Shown here one piece after another: positions 12,807 to 27,394 of a stretch of DNA of 64,000 nucleotides (the first letter of the stretch is position 1; each line of letters starts with the position of its first letter). The stretch spans positions 53,816,001 to 53,880,000 of the forward strand of contig NC_043014.1 of assembly GCF_006345805.1 (NCBI RefSeq). The letters are read 5' to 3'. Origin of the DNA: Octopus sinensis. Taxonomy: Eukaryota. Below the pieces are notes generated by a model that was not told the origin of the DNA, ran no database searches, and was given only the letters and a program-made list of their open reading frames with translations. The translations under genes were made by a program, and so were the position numbers.

Positions 12807-15459
12807 GATTATATAGGACTGAGGTAACTCCTCCAGAAGTTATACAGAAATAAAAAGTAGAAGAGTGCCATAGTGATCATGTAGGATTTCCGTTTCCACT
12901 GAATACATTGAGCAGTGATATTGCATCAAGTTTTGCCGACAGCTTAGTGAAACTCAAGCTGAAACCATCCAGAAGATTCATCAGACTTTTGAGGATGACA
13001 CCATGGACAAAAGTTGGATTAAGGAGTGACACAACATGCATCAGTCAAGTGTGATCAATGCATTCCATTCTAATGGAGGACTTGTGCATGTATATTTTTA
13101 GAATGACCTTGTAGGGTAGGTGTGAGAGGCTGGATCTGGCCAATTTGAACATAAAAAGGGCAGAACATTAAATGTTAAAGGGTTAAACACAATAACGTGA
13201 TTGGAACCCTATTTCATTGACTCCTCATTCTTCCAGAAAGATGAAAGTCAACCCGAAAGTGATTAATTATTTTGTAATAATTAAAATAAAAACAAAAATT
13301 TGCAGCTCAAGGCTGGTATTTACCTCCTCTGTTGGTGTGAAATGTTTAATTTCATGGTCCAGGTTGGCCGAGATTATACCACGAACATTTTCTTGATTAA
13401 TAAGCTGCAAATAAAATTTAAGTCAAGTTTGATAAACAACTAATTTAGACAAATAGGGGTTGGCATCCCTGTGGAGCCAGGGACAGTTTGGCTTCATGTT
13501 CAGTTATCTCACTGCATGGAACCTTAGTGAAATGGCCTTTACCACAGCCGGGGAATAATGGAATAATTGCTTTCCTCAATTTGTCATTATTTTCAAAATT
13601 AATTTCAGCAAAGAGGATTTCATTAAAAATATGGTAATTGAGAGGTTATAATGAAAAGCCAGTTCCAAAGTTCAATGGTGCCATGCCTCTGGAACCAGTT
13701 TCCTTGTGGCAGTTTACCTGACTGACAACAGCTTCAACTCTTTCACAGTTGAGTGATCAAAAATAGGAAGAGCATCAGTCATTCACCCATAAAAACTTCA
13801 AAACAAAGGGGCCTTGACTGGTTACTTGATTTACTAAAAGTAGCAGCAAAGACTCCTTCTAATAGCATTGCCACCAACATCACCATCACCACCACTCCCA
13901 CCACTATCATCTTTCACTATCTTTCTCCACCTGTTGAAGCCGTTGTAACAGTTGTGGTCCCATGATTGGGTGATGAGTTCTGACCACCCATGGGATTTGA
14001 ACCCATGGATACAATTTACATTCAGAACAGAAAAAGGCCAGAACATATGCAGTGAAGTTATTTCATTTGAGGATGTAACGATTCCATCAAGTCACTGTCC
14101 TGGACTGGTCCTTTACAAAGACCCCAGACATTTTGTCTCCCTAATTAAACCCTAAACAAAGTAAAACCATGTCAGAAAATATATTTAACCCTTTCGTTAC
14201 TATATTTATTTTGAGATGCTCTGTGTTTCTTTCAATTACTTTAAATATAACAAAGAATTTAGTAAAATAACTTCGTTATCATTAAGCTAGTGTTGGGAAC
14301 ATAAATTGTGACTAAGGTTTGGTGGAAGATTTTAATTCAGAACTTATGAAAACAAGACATTTGTACTCAGAGCCAGGGCCGGTTTCAGCCGGGTTGGTAA
14401 TGAAAGGGTTAAGTGACTGAAGAAGCAAAAATAGATGGGATAGTCATGAGTGGAATGTCTTTGATCCTGAGTTTGCTTATCAAAGCTATCCTGGAGTTAA
14501 ACAACAACAGCAACAAAACAACAAAACGATGATAACCATTAACCATTAATGTTAACGATCAGCATCACAACATGGTATTGTTGCCTAGAAACCAATTTTG
14601 GGCAACAGAATCCATGGCAGTTTGCAGAGAACCCAGCAGAGGTTGAATGGAGAGAGACTCTCAAGAAGTGAAGGTTGTTTGAGAGAAGAAATATGGGAGA
14701 GTCTGAAGTGAGAACTTATATACTTAACAATCTGCCATCACTTTACCAGCTCAGATGACAGGACAAACAATGAATCAATGAAGGAACTGTCAAGTGGTTG
14801 GGGGGGGGGGCACTTAATGGCTCCTTCAACGGCCAAATCTCTCTCTCATCACTTCCAACCATCTTCAAAAAAAAGAAAGGACACATTGGATAATGCAATC
14901 CAGGATACACTTTGTCTATAATAATAATAAGAACAACAATAATAATACCAAATGGTGATCTTAAACATTGTGACCCAAAACCAGGAAACTCAAAAGAACC
15001 AGAACTACAAAGAATTTTTCTCGTGAGTACCGGCCAGAGACTGAGAAAAACATTGTCAACTTGAAAATACCGGATTCTCTTAAAACTTTCAAAACTGAAA
15101 AGCTGCAAATTTAACAGAATCCTGCTTCTCAGATTCTAGTCTCCTCCCCTTACATTATATCATCTCGGTGCTTTTTAAATGGTCACATCTGAAATATTCT
15201 TGATAACAAAAGGCCTGCTCAGCTAGAGTTGGTCCAGGCCTGAACAACAACAGGACTAATAACAGTGAAAAGAAATCTTTTAACTGAAGAAGAACCTCAC
15301 CGTTTTGGCGATGGGCCGCAGAGGCAAGGCGCCCAGGATGACAGTCTCATCGATACGATCATACCAGTTGCGGCTGCTTACTTTGGACATGCAGTAGTTG
15401 TAGAACAGTGAAGGGTAGAAAGCTACTCGGGAAAAGACGTAGGAACCTATCCATGGCAT
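10514..15459 (-). CDS. PTPMT1: PTPMT1 paralog A (mitochondrial phosphatidylglycerophosphate phosphatase family), 4 coding exons, 188 aa
   Basis: Exons 15459-15301 ([20 protein letters not shown]...[19 protein letters not shown]), 13404-13324 ([27 protein letters not shown]), 12072-11881 (EWRQMGV...VDFVGTP...[19 protein letters not shown]) and 10648-10514 (ANGWD...DDPA*). All junctions are GT-AG and phase 0. The CX5R P-loop is intact. There is an AATAAA on the minus strand at 10451-10456. Confidence 0.93.
11071..11588. mobile_element. Pogo/Tc1-type MITE in PTPMT1-A intron 3
   Basis: 27-bp TIRs including the TA target: TACCGTAAACCCTCGAGTATAGTCCGC versus the reverse complement TACCATAAATCCTCGAGTATAATCCGC. 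Confidence 0.85.
12200..12750. mobile_element. Interspersed repeat shared with 55250-55588
   Basis: Collinear match (…ACACATGGCTATGATGCTCCCCCACTACTTCTGCTCATGATCAGAGATGCACATATCG…), flanked by (TAT)n tracts. Family not identified. Confidence 0.7.
12900..13080 (+). mobile_element. Mariner transposase N-terminal HTH relic in PTPMT1-A intron 2
   Basis: [38 protein letters not shown] resembles mariner N-termini. Confidence 0.6.
14185..14412. mobile_element. piggyBac-type MITE in PTPMT1-A intron 1
   Basis: TTAA at both ends, with TIRs CCCTTTCGTTAC / CCCTTTCATTAC. Related internal fragments lie near 43730 and 47190. Confidence 0.8.
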
Positions 15460-16115
15460 GTTTCCACAAAATTTTTTTCTCTTCTTTCTGGAAACTTCTA
15501 AGTGATTCAAATCAGCATCTGTAATGACAATATACAAACTTTCTTCATTCTTCTCCTTTAAACAGAAATGGCTGATGGGAAACAAGATATGATCCTAAGA
15601 AGAAACCCTAACCTATTCAGTAAGTGAACACAGCTGGCCAAGTGGTTCGGGCGCCAATTCCATCCTACTCGGGTCTTGGCTTAAATTCTTGGAACAAGTG
15701 GCACATTGCACCCTTCAGCAGGACACTTCAGTCTACTCAGGTAATGAGTAGCCAAGTACAGGGAGCGCCTGGTACTGAGCCCTGATCAAGGCTGATGGGA
15801 CCAGGACAGGGTCTGTTTCAGCTCCCTACAACATAAACAACTAAAACATTTAGCAAAACTGTAAGAGATGCTGCCAAGCCATACTCGGAAGCAGGAAGGG
15901 AGTCGGGGGGGGGGGGCTGCCTGTTTGTGTTTTAATCAATTGTTCTTCAAAAAGAAATATCTAAAATAATAACAATGCCAATCACCAGAGATCAATTAAA
16001 CAACCTGAGGTGTGGAATGGATCAACACACGTTTTGTGTCCATTAATTCTTGTCACTCTTGGGTGTCACCAATCTGCTGTAACAGAAGAACTGTGGCGCT
16101 TTCAGGTTTGGAATC

Positions 16116-16179
16116 TCCAGGTTTTATTGACAAATCTATTTGAGTGACCATGTTGAGGCTACCTCATTGACCGATACTG

Positions 16180-16248
<69 letters not shown>

Positions 16249-16568
16249 GACCAAGTCATTAAGGAATGGCCAGTTAAAGTTTAAGCAGTTTGTATCCTGT
16301 GACAAGTGTGTTTAATGCCTTACTCAGAGGAGGAATGGCCATGGCCATCACCCTCCAAAACCGATGAGAGGACATTATCTTTAATCAAGGGACCACTGAA
16401 ACCTGTTTTGATAATGAATGCAACACAATGCTTCTCACAGGATACAAACTGGTCTGACTTTAACTGGCCATTCTTTAATTTAGAGTTGGTCCCCTCTCTC
16501 TCTACAATATCAACCAATGAGGTAGCCTCAACATGGTCACTCAAGTAGACTTGTCAATGAAACCTGGA
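16116..16568. repeat. Long imperfect inverted repeat (probable MITE) with an (AG)n expansion in the left arm
   Basis: TCCAGGTTTTATTGACAAATCTATTTGAGTGACCATGTTGAGGCTACCTCATTG... matches the reverse complement of the right arm ending at 16568. The arms are separated by a loop of about 100 nt. Confidence 0.85.
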
Positions 16569-17189
16569 CACAACAAAGCACCTCTGACCAGTACTTGATG
16601 AGTATTTCTTACTCCTTGATTGTTTCCAAGTAATCTTGGAGATAAAATGTTATAAACTTGGCCGTATTCAATGCCAATCTTTCAGTGCTTTGTGTTTTGT
16701 GTTTCAATTATCCATTTACAAACTTCTGTTCTTTTTTCTTTATATTTGTAGAATTTTTCAATATTCTTTGGAGAAAGATCTTCTTCAGCCTTTACGATAC
16801 GTTCTTCAGCCATTCTAATAATGTTTTTATTTTTGTACTTATGAATCTGCCCCCACCCAAACACCAGATAGACATGTCTTTCCTCTTCTTGTCATTCATA
16901 CCATTTCCACCACCAACAACACCAACAACAAGTTCTTGCCCTAATCACAATACCAGGTTGTTTCTCCTCCACACACCATTAATAGAGTGAGGAATGCGTG
17001 CACCAGGTCTCAGAGCCATCTTGAGACCATTGTGCAAACTGAACGCAGCTACACTGAGTAAAGCTATCTCCCACCAACAATCTAGTTGATATTTTTTGAA
17101 TCTCTAAAATATTTTTATTTTTGAATGGATTATATAGTGTTTTCATTCCTTTTTATGCAAAATGTCAAATTTAGCATGAACACACTGAG

Positions 17190-18116
<927 letters not shown>

Positions 18117-18760
18117 ATATATACACACACACATACACACAATTCCCAGACCAGGCATTGCATTGTGTTCTTAAGCAAAACACTTCATTTCACATTTGCT
18201 CTGCAACCATTTTGCCGTCTGGCACGTGGCATACCATGCAACAGTGCAGGCAATATTAATTGGATGGCAGGAGTGAGATTATGGGAACAGCAAACATTTG
18301 ATCCCTTTTAACAAATCATCTGTACAGGCTGTTCAACAGGAAATTGCAGAACCCTCATACATTGTCTAACAATGGGAGAGTCCGTGATGAAGATGATGAT
18401 GATGATGATGATAGATAGATAGATAGACAGACAGATAGATATACACACACACACATATACATACCTCTAGAATCATTTAAGAGGATACACATGAGTAAAT
18501 ATATATTGAAAAAATAGGGAAAAAAAGAGAATGTTTGGAGGACTTTATCATGGAAAAGGAAAAGAAAATAAGTTCTGGTTCCAATAATTCAAAATGAGTT
18601 CTTCTGACTGAAATAAAATGGAAAGAAAAATTGAATGAAAAATTAAATGCAACTTTCATAACGAAATACATCATTATGCGGATTTTATGCAAAAAGTATT
18701 TAAACTGTTTTCTATGATAAAATCCTCAAAACATTTTCTAATTTTCCTTATGTTTTCGCA

Positions 18761-18793
<33 letters not shown>

Positions 18794-18796
<3 letters not shown>

Positions 18797-19336
18797 AGAG
18801 TGATTGAAAAGTAACTCCCAATTTTAAAATACTTATGAATTATTTATTAATTGTAATTTTTACAAAAACTGAATATAAGAGGAAAGCTTTTAGCTTGAGG
18901 TTTTATTTAGAATCCGATATGGGCTCCATGTGTCGCCACCAGCTTCTTGAGTTGCCCAGGAACCGTGGCAACTGATTTCATCACCAGGAACTCTTGTGGG
19001 AGGGAAGAAGAGACAACCTGTCGCATTCACCCTTCAACTTCTTCCAAAGTCTTCGGTTTGGTACAGTAGACTTGTTCCTTTAACCAACACCAAAGAAAGA
19101 AGTCAGAGGGTGTTAAGTTTGGATTCATGGCTGACCACTCATGCGGATCCCAATGAGCCATCCATCTCCTGGCCAAGTGGGCAGTCAGGCAGTCACAGAC
19201 AAGGCCAATAATGTAATTACAAATCAGATTCTCATACTTCAAAAAACAAACAAAAATATTTGAGAAAAAAATTACTGATGATGAAATAATTTATAAGTAT
19301 TCCAAAAAAAGGGAGTCACTTTCCAATCTCCCCGTA
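18794..19336 (-). mobile_element. Internally deleted Tc1/mariner element
   Basis: Imperfect TIRs of about 25 bp (CAGAGTGATTGAAAAGTAACTCCC / CGGGGAGATTGGAAAAGTGACTCCC) flanked by TA. Transposase remnant PNLTPSDFFLWCWLKEQVY. Confidence 0.8.
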
Positions 19337-20821
19337 GACTGTGCTGGTGGTTGGCATGAGGGTGGACATCCAGCCGTAAAACAGACCAAAACAGATAGGG
19401 GAGCTTGATGCAGCCCTCTGGCTTATCAGCTCCTGTCAGACCGTCCAACCCATGCCAGCATGGTCGTTAAAGGATGATGATGATGATGATGATGATACAC
19501 ACACACGCCTGAATGTTTTGTTGTTATTGTTGTTTTTTAACTGTCAAACGATGTTTAACAAAAAACAGTTTATTTATAGTGTCACATCATTTTTAGAGAA
19601 GCCCTAACTGCGATGTTTGAAGGCACAAAATCTCGAAATATTCCTGTAAACTCGAGGTTTAATTAATAACCAGCTAACGAGCAACTAATTAATTATAAAG
19701 AACTTCGGTGTTTAAAACTCAACCGACAATTAGCGTTTTTGTCTTTTCACTTCATGTCAAACTTCCCTGCTCTTATACTTTACAGTCTTAAAGTACAAAG
19801 TGTGTCGTGTAGTCTGAATAACAGAGAGTGTAGACATAGCTGGGATGTCTTTGATCATATTTCTGCTCGCTCAGGGCTGAATTGACGGGGTCGTAGCTAA
19901 ACAACACCAACGAAATTCGTGTTGGGAAATATTTATTAATAAATGTCTATGATTTCTGAAGGCATACCCCGGGTGGCGAGGTTGATGCAATTGATAACCA
20001 GCTTGAATACCCGCAGGGCTTAATTTAAGAGAGGCAGGAAACCAACGGTGGTGGGTGACCATTTCGAATGATTGCAACAATGATGGAACTCCGCTAGGGA
20101 CGGAGCAACGACTGGTTGTTGATGTTAAACAACCGAGCGGCATGTTGTGGCCACAAATATATATATACATATATAAACAAACGTTAACAAGTGGTTTCTT
20201 AAAAAAAAAACACATAGAAAACGATTCCAAATGAATTCCGTGATCCGGTTCGTCAACATCAGGTTGCATCATGTCCAGTCCTTTTAGCAAAGAAGGGGTA
20301 AAACGGCCCCAGATTTCGATTAGATGGAATTCTGTATTGGTCACTTGTTGATCAGCAAAATAATAGGCGCGAGTGAAATAAAAATTGTCAAATGAAGAAT
20401 GGAAATGGAAGACGAGCCAAAGACTCCGACTGCCGGAACAGTAAACGGTTAATCCTCAGAGTAGCGAATAAATAAATGTTGTTATATTTGGGAAGAATCG
20501 TAATTAATCATAAACAAACTCGCCGGTTGTTGCTTGACTATATTTCACTTCTTTTTCTTTTTCTAAAGCAATTGATGTCCCCAAGAATAATACTTTTCTC
20601 CACATCGGTGCAGAGAGGAAAAGTAATTTGGGGGACACGAAACAAACCTCGACTGGTTTGAGAAAAGAAAGAGCAACGTCCAGAGATTGTGCTTTGAGTC
20701 CTTCCTAAATTATGAGCATCAAAATTCTAGCAAAATAAATTCAAAGTTGTCAAAAGAAAACTATTTCTTCAAAGTAAATAAATAAAATAAGAACAAAACG
20801 TGAAAAATAATAGGGTGGGGA

Positions 20822-20894
20822 GAAGATTAACGGGGTGAAGATTAACGGGTGAAGATTAACCGGGAGAAGATTAACCGGGTGAAGGTTGAACGGA
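20822..20894. repeat. 14-15-bp minisatellite, 5 copies (GAAGATTAACGGGT)
   Basis: Units start at 20822, 20837, 20851, 20866 and 20881. Confidence 0.85.
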
Positions 20895-23329
20895 GATAAA
20901 ATAACTGTCCTTTACCTTTGAGAAACTCAACAGTTTGCGAAATCGCGTTTTCGAAAATGTAACACTCCCCCCTCTTTCTCTCTCACTTTATTCTTCTTTC
21001 TTTCTTTCTCTCTTTATTCTTCTATCTTTCTTTCTTTCTTTCTCTCGCTCTCTCTCTCTCTCTCTTCTCTCTTACATACACACATTGTCTCTTTTTCTCT
21101 TTCGCTCTCACTTCCACTGAACAGGACATTACCATTAAAGGTCACTGAAAATAGTGTTTATTTTATTGGATATCAAGGCAAGTGTTTTTGTGAAGACCCC
21201 GGCCAGGCCCCCTACAAACAGACTTACGATCTAAGGAAGTAAAAACCATAACAATCCCATCTTTATGTCAAGTTGTTTTGTGTTTTTGTTACGATGGCAG
21301 GGTGTGATTTGAAGGATATTTGACTGCTATTTCTAGCAGTTCTATGTAGGGGCTTGCCCTCGTTGGTTCGTCGATGAAGTTGGCGAGCGAACCAAGTTCC
21401 AATTCTTAGTTTTCTCCAACTATTTCGCTTCGTATTTGCCCCACTGCCAAAAATAACTTCATCTACAACATTCCATCGTATTTTTCTTTGTAAAAAAGAC
21501 TGACAGAAAACATAACTCATTTCTCGATCCACCAACATTGCAAAAACGAAGAATAAAAATAAAATAAAGAAAGAAAAAGGGAAAAAGATGGCTAGAATAT
21601 ATATCTTTGATGATAAGGGTCGACTCAATCAGAACTGACCTGGCCCGAAACAACAAGAACAACACTCTTTCATTTCTTCCAAGAGCAGTCTGTTGAAATT
21701 TTAGATTTTCACAGAACACGATGATCTTGTTGTCTTCTTTTTTTGATTTACCAACGCAGATCAAAGCTTGTTTCGTCAGACTCTCTTCTCTCTACACACA
21801 TTTAGATATATTTTGTAACTATTTGACTTTTTAACGATGTTTAATACCTTTGAGAAAAACATGGAAATCATAACTTTCGTTTCTTCCTTTCCACGAACTT
21901 AGTAAGGGCCTCTCGAAAATTTAAACAGTTTTCTTTGTCGATCTGCTAGAAATATCAGCCAAATCTTCCTCAAATCACACTCACCCATCCATCTATCCAC
22001 TACACCTGTGAAGGTCGTAGAGACATGACTTCCAGAGGCTCCTAACAGCAAAAGCCTACAACAGGATGAAAAGTGCTGACCGCCCCTACCGTCCGCCCCC
22101 CTCCACCCAGCTACGTTAGTGATTGAAGGATATTCCAAATGTGACCATCAAGTCTTTTATTATGTCGTTACTTAAGGTTACTTTATCTAATAAGTCTCTG
22201 TTCTTGAGACAGTTGGATTCCACATGATAAGGGTTTGGCTGCTATTTCTAGAACAACAAAGACCGTTCAATATTATCTCAAGTGTTTTTGTTCTCCACTG
22301 TAAACTTCCACTCCTTAATACATTATCTCCCCCCCCACCTCTCTCTCTACAATCTCTTGACCATCCTTTCTTCTTAGTAACCTACTAAATGACCAACACT
22401 TAGGCAAAAGTAAAAGTACACACACACATGGCAGCCTTTACATCAACACTTCTCAGGAATGGTGATCACAATAGTGTAGTGGGATTGGGGACACTTCAGA
22501 ACAGGGCATATATCTAACAAAAGCTTTAATAAACCCTCCTGTCATATCCCAGAGCGGCTATCTGGCCTCCGTGCCGGTGGCACATGAAAAGACACCATTC
22601 GAGTCTGACCGTTACCAGTACCGCCTGACTGGCCCCGTGCCAGTGGTATGTAAAAGCACCCACTACACTCTCGGAGTGGTTGGCGTTAGGAAGGGCATCC
22701 AGCTGTAGAAACTCTGCCAGATCAAGATTGAAGCCTGGTGCAGCCATCTGGTTCGCCAGCCCTCAGTCATTCGTCCAACCCATGCCAGCATGGAAAGCGG
22801 ACGTTAAACAACAATGATGATATCATCATCATCATTTAGCATGTTTTCCATGCTGGCTGTTTGACTAGAACTGGTAAACCAGAGAGCTGTACCAGGCCCA
22901 AGTCTGGTGTGGCTTGATTTCTATGGTTGGATGCCCTTCCAAATGCCAACCACTCCGAGAGTGTGGTGGGTGCTTTTTATGTGTCACCAACACTGGCCAT
23001 GACTTCACTTCGCTTGACATGTCTTCTCAATCAAATTGCCAAACGTCTCCATCACACATCATCCACTCTGTGAAGCTAAACCTCTGAAGCTCATGCTTCA
23101 CTACCTTGTCCTATGTCTTCCTGGGTCTACTTCTTCAACAGGTTCCCTCCACAGTTAGGCACTTCTTTATTCAGCTGCCCTCGTCCAAACACATCACAGG
23201 ACCATACCAGCATAGTACACCACATGTAATGCCTCTTATGCCCAATTTTTCTCTCAAGACGCTTACACTCTGTTATACGTGCACACTGACAGGTATACAT
23301 AGCCAAGGGAGTAGCAGAAAAGGAGTTTG

Positions 23330-25790
23330 CCAATGTTCAGCAACATGAGGACCAAAGAACTGAAGTATTTCGGATTGCAGGACAGTGTGTGAGAGGAAAC
23401 TGTGATGTCATAGGAGAGAAATGTGTCCACATGGATGATGGTGCCCTTGTGTTTAATGATTTTGCAAAGAAAGAGCCTTGGAGATGCCATTATGAAAGAC
23501 TGCTGAATGTGGAGAATTAATGGGAGGAGGAGAGTCTGCCAAAGGTTGACCCAATTGAGGGACCAGCTACCCGAATCAATAGCACCCTAGTAGATAAGCA
23601 ATTAAGACAGGGAAAGCACCTGGCCCATCAGGAATCACCGCTGAGATGTTTAAAATATTGGGTGGTGTGGGTTATGTTCTTGTCACCCACATCATAAATC
23701 AGGTGGTTCATGAAGGAGTCATACCCAATGACTGGTGTAGCAGCACCATAGTCAACTACTACAAGGGGAAAGGTGATGCTTTAGATAGAAATAACTACAG
23801 GGGTATCAAATTATTGGATCAAGTTATGAAAGTTACAGAGAGGGTCATAGCCTAACTAATTAGGGAGAGAGTTAGCCTAGATGAGATGCAGTTTGGTTTT
23901 GTGCCAGGGAGAAGCACCACTGATGCTATATTTCTGGTAAGGCAACTGCAGGAGAAATATCTAGCCAAAGATAAACCTCTGTATTTGGCTTTTGTTGACT
24001 TGGAGAAAGCCTCTGACAGGGACCGCCGATCCCTTATCTGGTGGTCACTGTGAAAACTGGGGATAGACAAGTGGTTAGTAAGAGCTGTACAGGCCCTGTA
24101 CACGAATGCTGTCAGTAAGGTGAGGGTTGGCAACGAGTATAGTGGAGAATTCTGGGTAGAAGTAGGGGTTCACCAAGGATCAGTCCTCAGCTCCCTCTTA
24201 TTCATCATAGTCCTCCAGGCAATGACAGAGGAATTCAAGTCAGGCTGCCCCTGGGAGCTCTTCTATGCTGATGACCTTGCGTTCATAGCTGAATCACTAC
24301 CAGAATTAGAGATGAAGTTTAGGGTGTGGAAGCAAGGTCTAGAATCAAAGGGCCTTAGGGTTAACCTAGCAAAAACCAAAGTCTCAGTAAGTAGGAAGGC
24401 TGACAAATCACAAATCCCTTCAGGTAGATGACCCTGCTCGATCTGTAGAAACTCCATACGATGTACCTGGTGTAAGCTATGGACACATATAAGGTGCAGC
24501 AATAACAAAGGAAAGTTAACCAGGAAGATAGTTTTTGTGTGTTGTAGATGCACAGGGGCAATAGACACTGAAGATGCACAGAAAACAGATTCCATCATAT
24601 GCCAGGGGGAGAAACTAAAAGTAATTGCTAGCTTCTTCTACCTAGGCAACCAAGTCCGTAGTGGGGGAAGATGCTCTGAGAGTGTAGTGGCTAGAATAAG
24701 AATAGCCTGGGCAAGGTTCAGGGAGCTCCTACTTCTGCTGGCAACTAAGGACCTCTCGCTCAGGATGAAAGGTAGACTCTATGATACATGTGTGCAAACT
24801 GCCATGCTACAAAGCAGTGAAACATGAACCATGACTGCTGAGGACCTACGTAGGCTTGAAAGAAATGAAGCTAGTATGATCCGCTGGATGTGTAATGTCA
24901 GTGTGTATACACAACAGAGTGTGAGTACCTTGAGAGACAAGTTGGACATAAGAAGCATCAGATGTGGTGTGCAAGAGAGACGGCTGCGCTGGTATGGTCA
25001 TGTGTTGCGAATGGAAGAGGACAACTGTGTGAAGAAGTGCCACACCCTAAATGTGGAAGAGGTAGACCCAGGAAGACATGGGATGAGGTGGTGAAGCATG
25101 ATCTTCGAACATTGGGCCTCACAGAGGCAATGACAGGAGACTGAGACCTTTGGAGATATGCTGTGATTGAGAAGACCTAGCAATTAAAGTGAGATCACAG
25201 CCTTGGCTGGTACCATTGTTGCATGTCCGGCCCTTTTAAGAGTACCCTTGATTCGTCGGCCGATATTATGTGCTTGAGAAAATCTGTTGACTCAAGTAAA
25301 ACAAAATTTGTAGCTGTGGCCAGTGCCCACTGACTGGTTCCCATGCCGGTGGAACATAAAATGCACCATCTAAACGTGGTTGATGCCAGTGACCTCTGAC
25401 TGGCTCCTGTGCTGGTGGCACATAAAAAGCACCATCCAAACGTGGTCAATGCCAGGTCAACCTGATTGATATCTGTGCCAGTGACACATAAAAAGCACCA
25501 TCCGAACGTGGTCAATGCTCGTTTCTCCTGACTGGCTCCAGTGCTGGTGGCACATAAAAAGCACCATCCAAACATGATCGATGCTAGGCACACTTGACTG
25601 GCTCCCATGTTGGCAGTATGTAAAAAGCACCCACTACACTCTCTGAGTGGTTGGTGTTAGGAAGGGCATCCAGCTGTAGAAACATTGCCAGATCAGATTG
25701 GAGTTTGGCACAGCCAATGGCTTTCCAGACCTTAGTCAAACCATCCAACCCATGCCAGCAAGGAAAATGGACGTTAAACGATGATGATGA
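23330..25790 (+). mobile_element. 5'-truncated, inactivated RTE-clade LINE with 3' UTR and (GAT)n tail
   Basis: Reverse transcriptase motifs YKGKGDALDRNNYRGIKLL, QFGFVPGRSTTDA, VGVHQGSVLS, LFYADDL and RRLRWYGHVLR, interrupted by stops and frameshifts. The 3' UTR carries 66-bp subrepeats and ends GTTAAACGATGATGATG. Confidence 0.9.
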
Positions 25791-27394
25791 CTGATTGACA
25801 TTGCACATCCAGCAGAGCGTACTATTCCCTCTAGCCCAAACCAATAAGAGTTTTATTCAGCTGCTGAGCCTGATAAAAATAGCAGCTAGATTTCCCTCAA
25901 ATCACGCACTATCATGTAGTCTTACAAGATGGACACGTACGTTGGACAATATCTTCATAGATATGCAAAATAGTAAGTCATTACTATTGTGCGTTTTCCA
26001 TGCTTGCATGATTTTGGTTGGTTCAACAGGATCCAACGAGACGGAAGACTGCGCTGGGCTCCAATGTCTGCTACGCTTGGATGTCATTCCTAATGCCAAC
26101 CATTTTACAGAATGTACAGGGTGGGTTTTTCTTTTGTGTGTGTCTGTATGTCCCTGACACTCGTAATGCTTTCAAGTAACTGACAAGACAAGGAAAACGC
26201 CTCCCTTGAGTGAGTAGGGGTGTAGTAGAAAGGGAAGGGGCTTTGTGGCGAGTGTTAAGAGTTCAAAGTAGTATGGTAAAGGGACAGGTGTCTTGCGATG
26301 AAGGAGCGCAACGTAAGGGCGGGTGGAGCTGGTAAAAGAGATAAAGATGGTAGTAACGAGGTGTCAGGGTGTACTCTCAAAGTACAAGAAGATGAGTACA
26401 AGAGGGAACAGGGACAGAATATCGGTGGGTCGGTTCGTAAGAATCATAATCTCACATAAATCTGAAATATAAAATTAAAAATCGTAATTTACGATGCTTA
26501 AGAAAATACATTTCTTTACCTTTTTTTGCGCCCTAAATAATTTCCTACTGCAATGTATAGGAATACCAGTTATATAAGAAGACTTGGAAGTACATACACC
26601 CTTATCCTACGAAAAGGAGTGGGGTGTAAGTGCTACAGGTCCGTTGATGCACACACACACGGGAAGAAATACAAAGAAGGACAGTTTGGTGAATATGCTG
26701 ACTGTGGAGAATGACTGTTGCAGAATCGATGATAATGGTGATGAAAATAACGATTAAAAAGATGCGAAGGGAGAAGAGGAAGAGAAAAAGCGAGTAGATT
26801 AAAAGAGATCATCTCCATGTCAGAGATCTAAGATAAGCGAAGTCAAATCTGGGACCTTTAAACAGGCGTCAAGTATTAAACAGCTTCGTGTTTGAAACAC
26901 AAAAAATGTGATAATCCTTCCAAATAAAATACTTTTCAAAAGTTTCTTTTAATGGGGTGAAAAGTTTAATATTCCGGGTAAAGCCTTCGTTTGGAAATGG
27001 TTCTACCCGAAATGTCTGACTTTTTCTCTTCCTCAAACCAATCTGTTCTACTTTTGCACAAGTTATACTTACTAATTGCCTGCGGAGACCATCGCCAGTT
27101 TCCCTCGATTCAACTGTTTAGTGTAATCGAATCATCCAAATTCTTTTATACATGTCGTCTCTTCATACAACTTAATGATTCCAGTCTGAGGTAAAGAGTT
27201 GCGTCGATTCACCTAAATATCCATTCAAGCATCGGTATTTAATCGCATCCCTTTAATTTAAATCCAGTCTCTGTCAACTTTGTCTTCTGCCCTTGCGAGA
27301 TCGATAAAATAAAGTACTGATCGGTCGATGTCTATTCCCAAAAAACATCCAACTTTGAGTCATTTTATTTAGAAAAAAAGAAATTCCGGGAACG

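Noticed and set aside
25310-25640. CRISPR-like alternation of conserved repeats and variable segments
   Set aside because: The context is eukaryotic, there are no cas genes, the repeats are degenerate and the variable parts are only about 10-12 nt. The array is part of a LINE 3' UTR.
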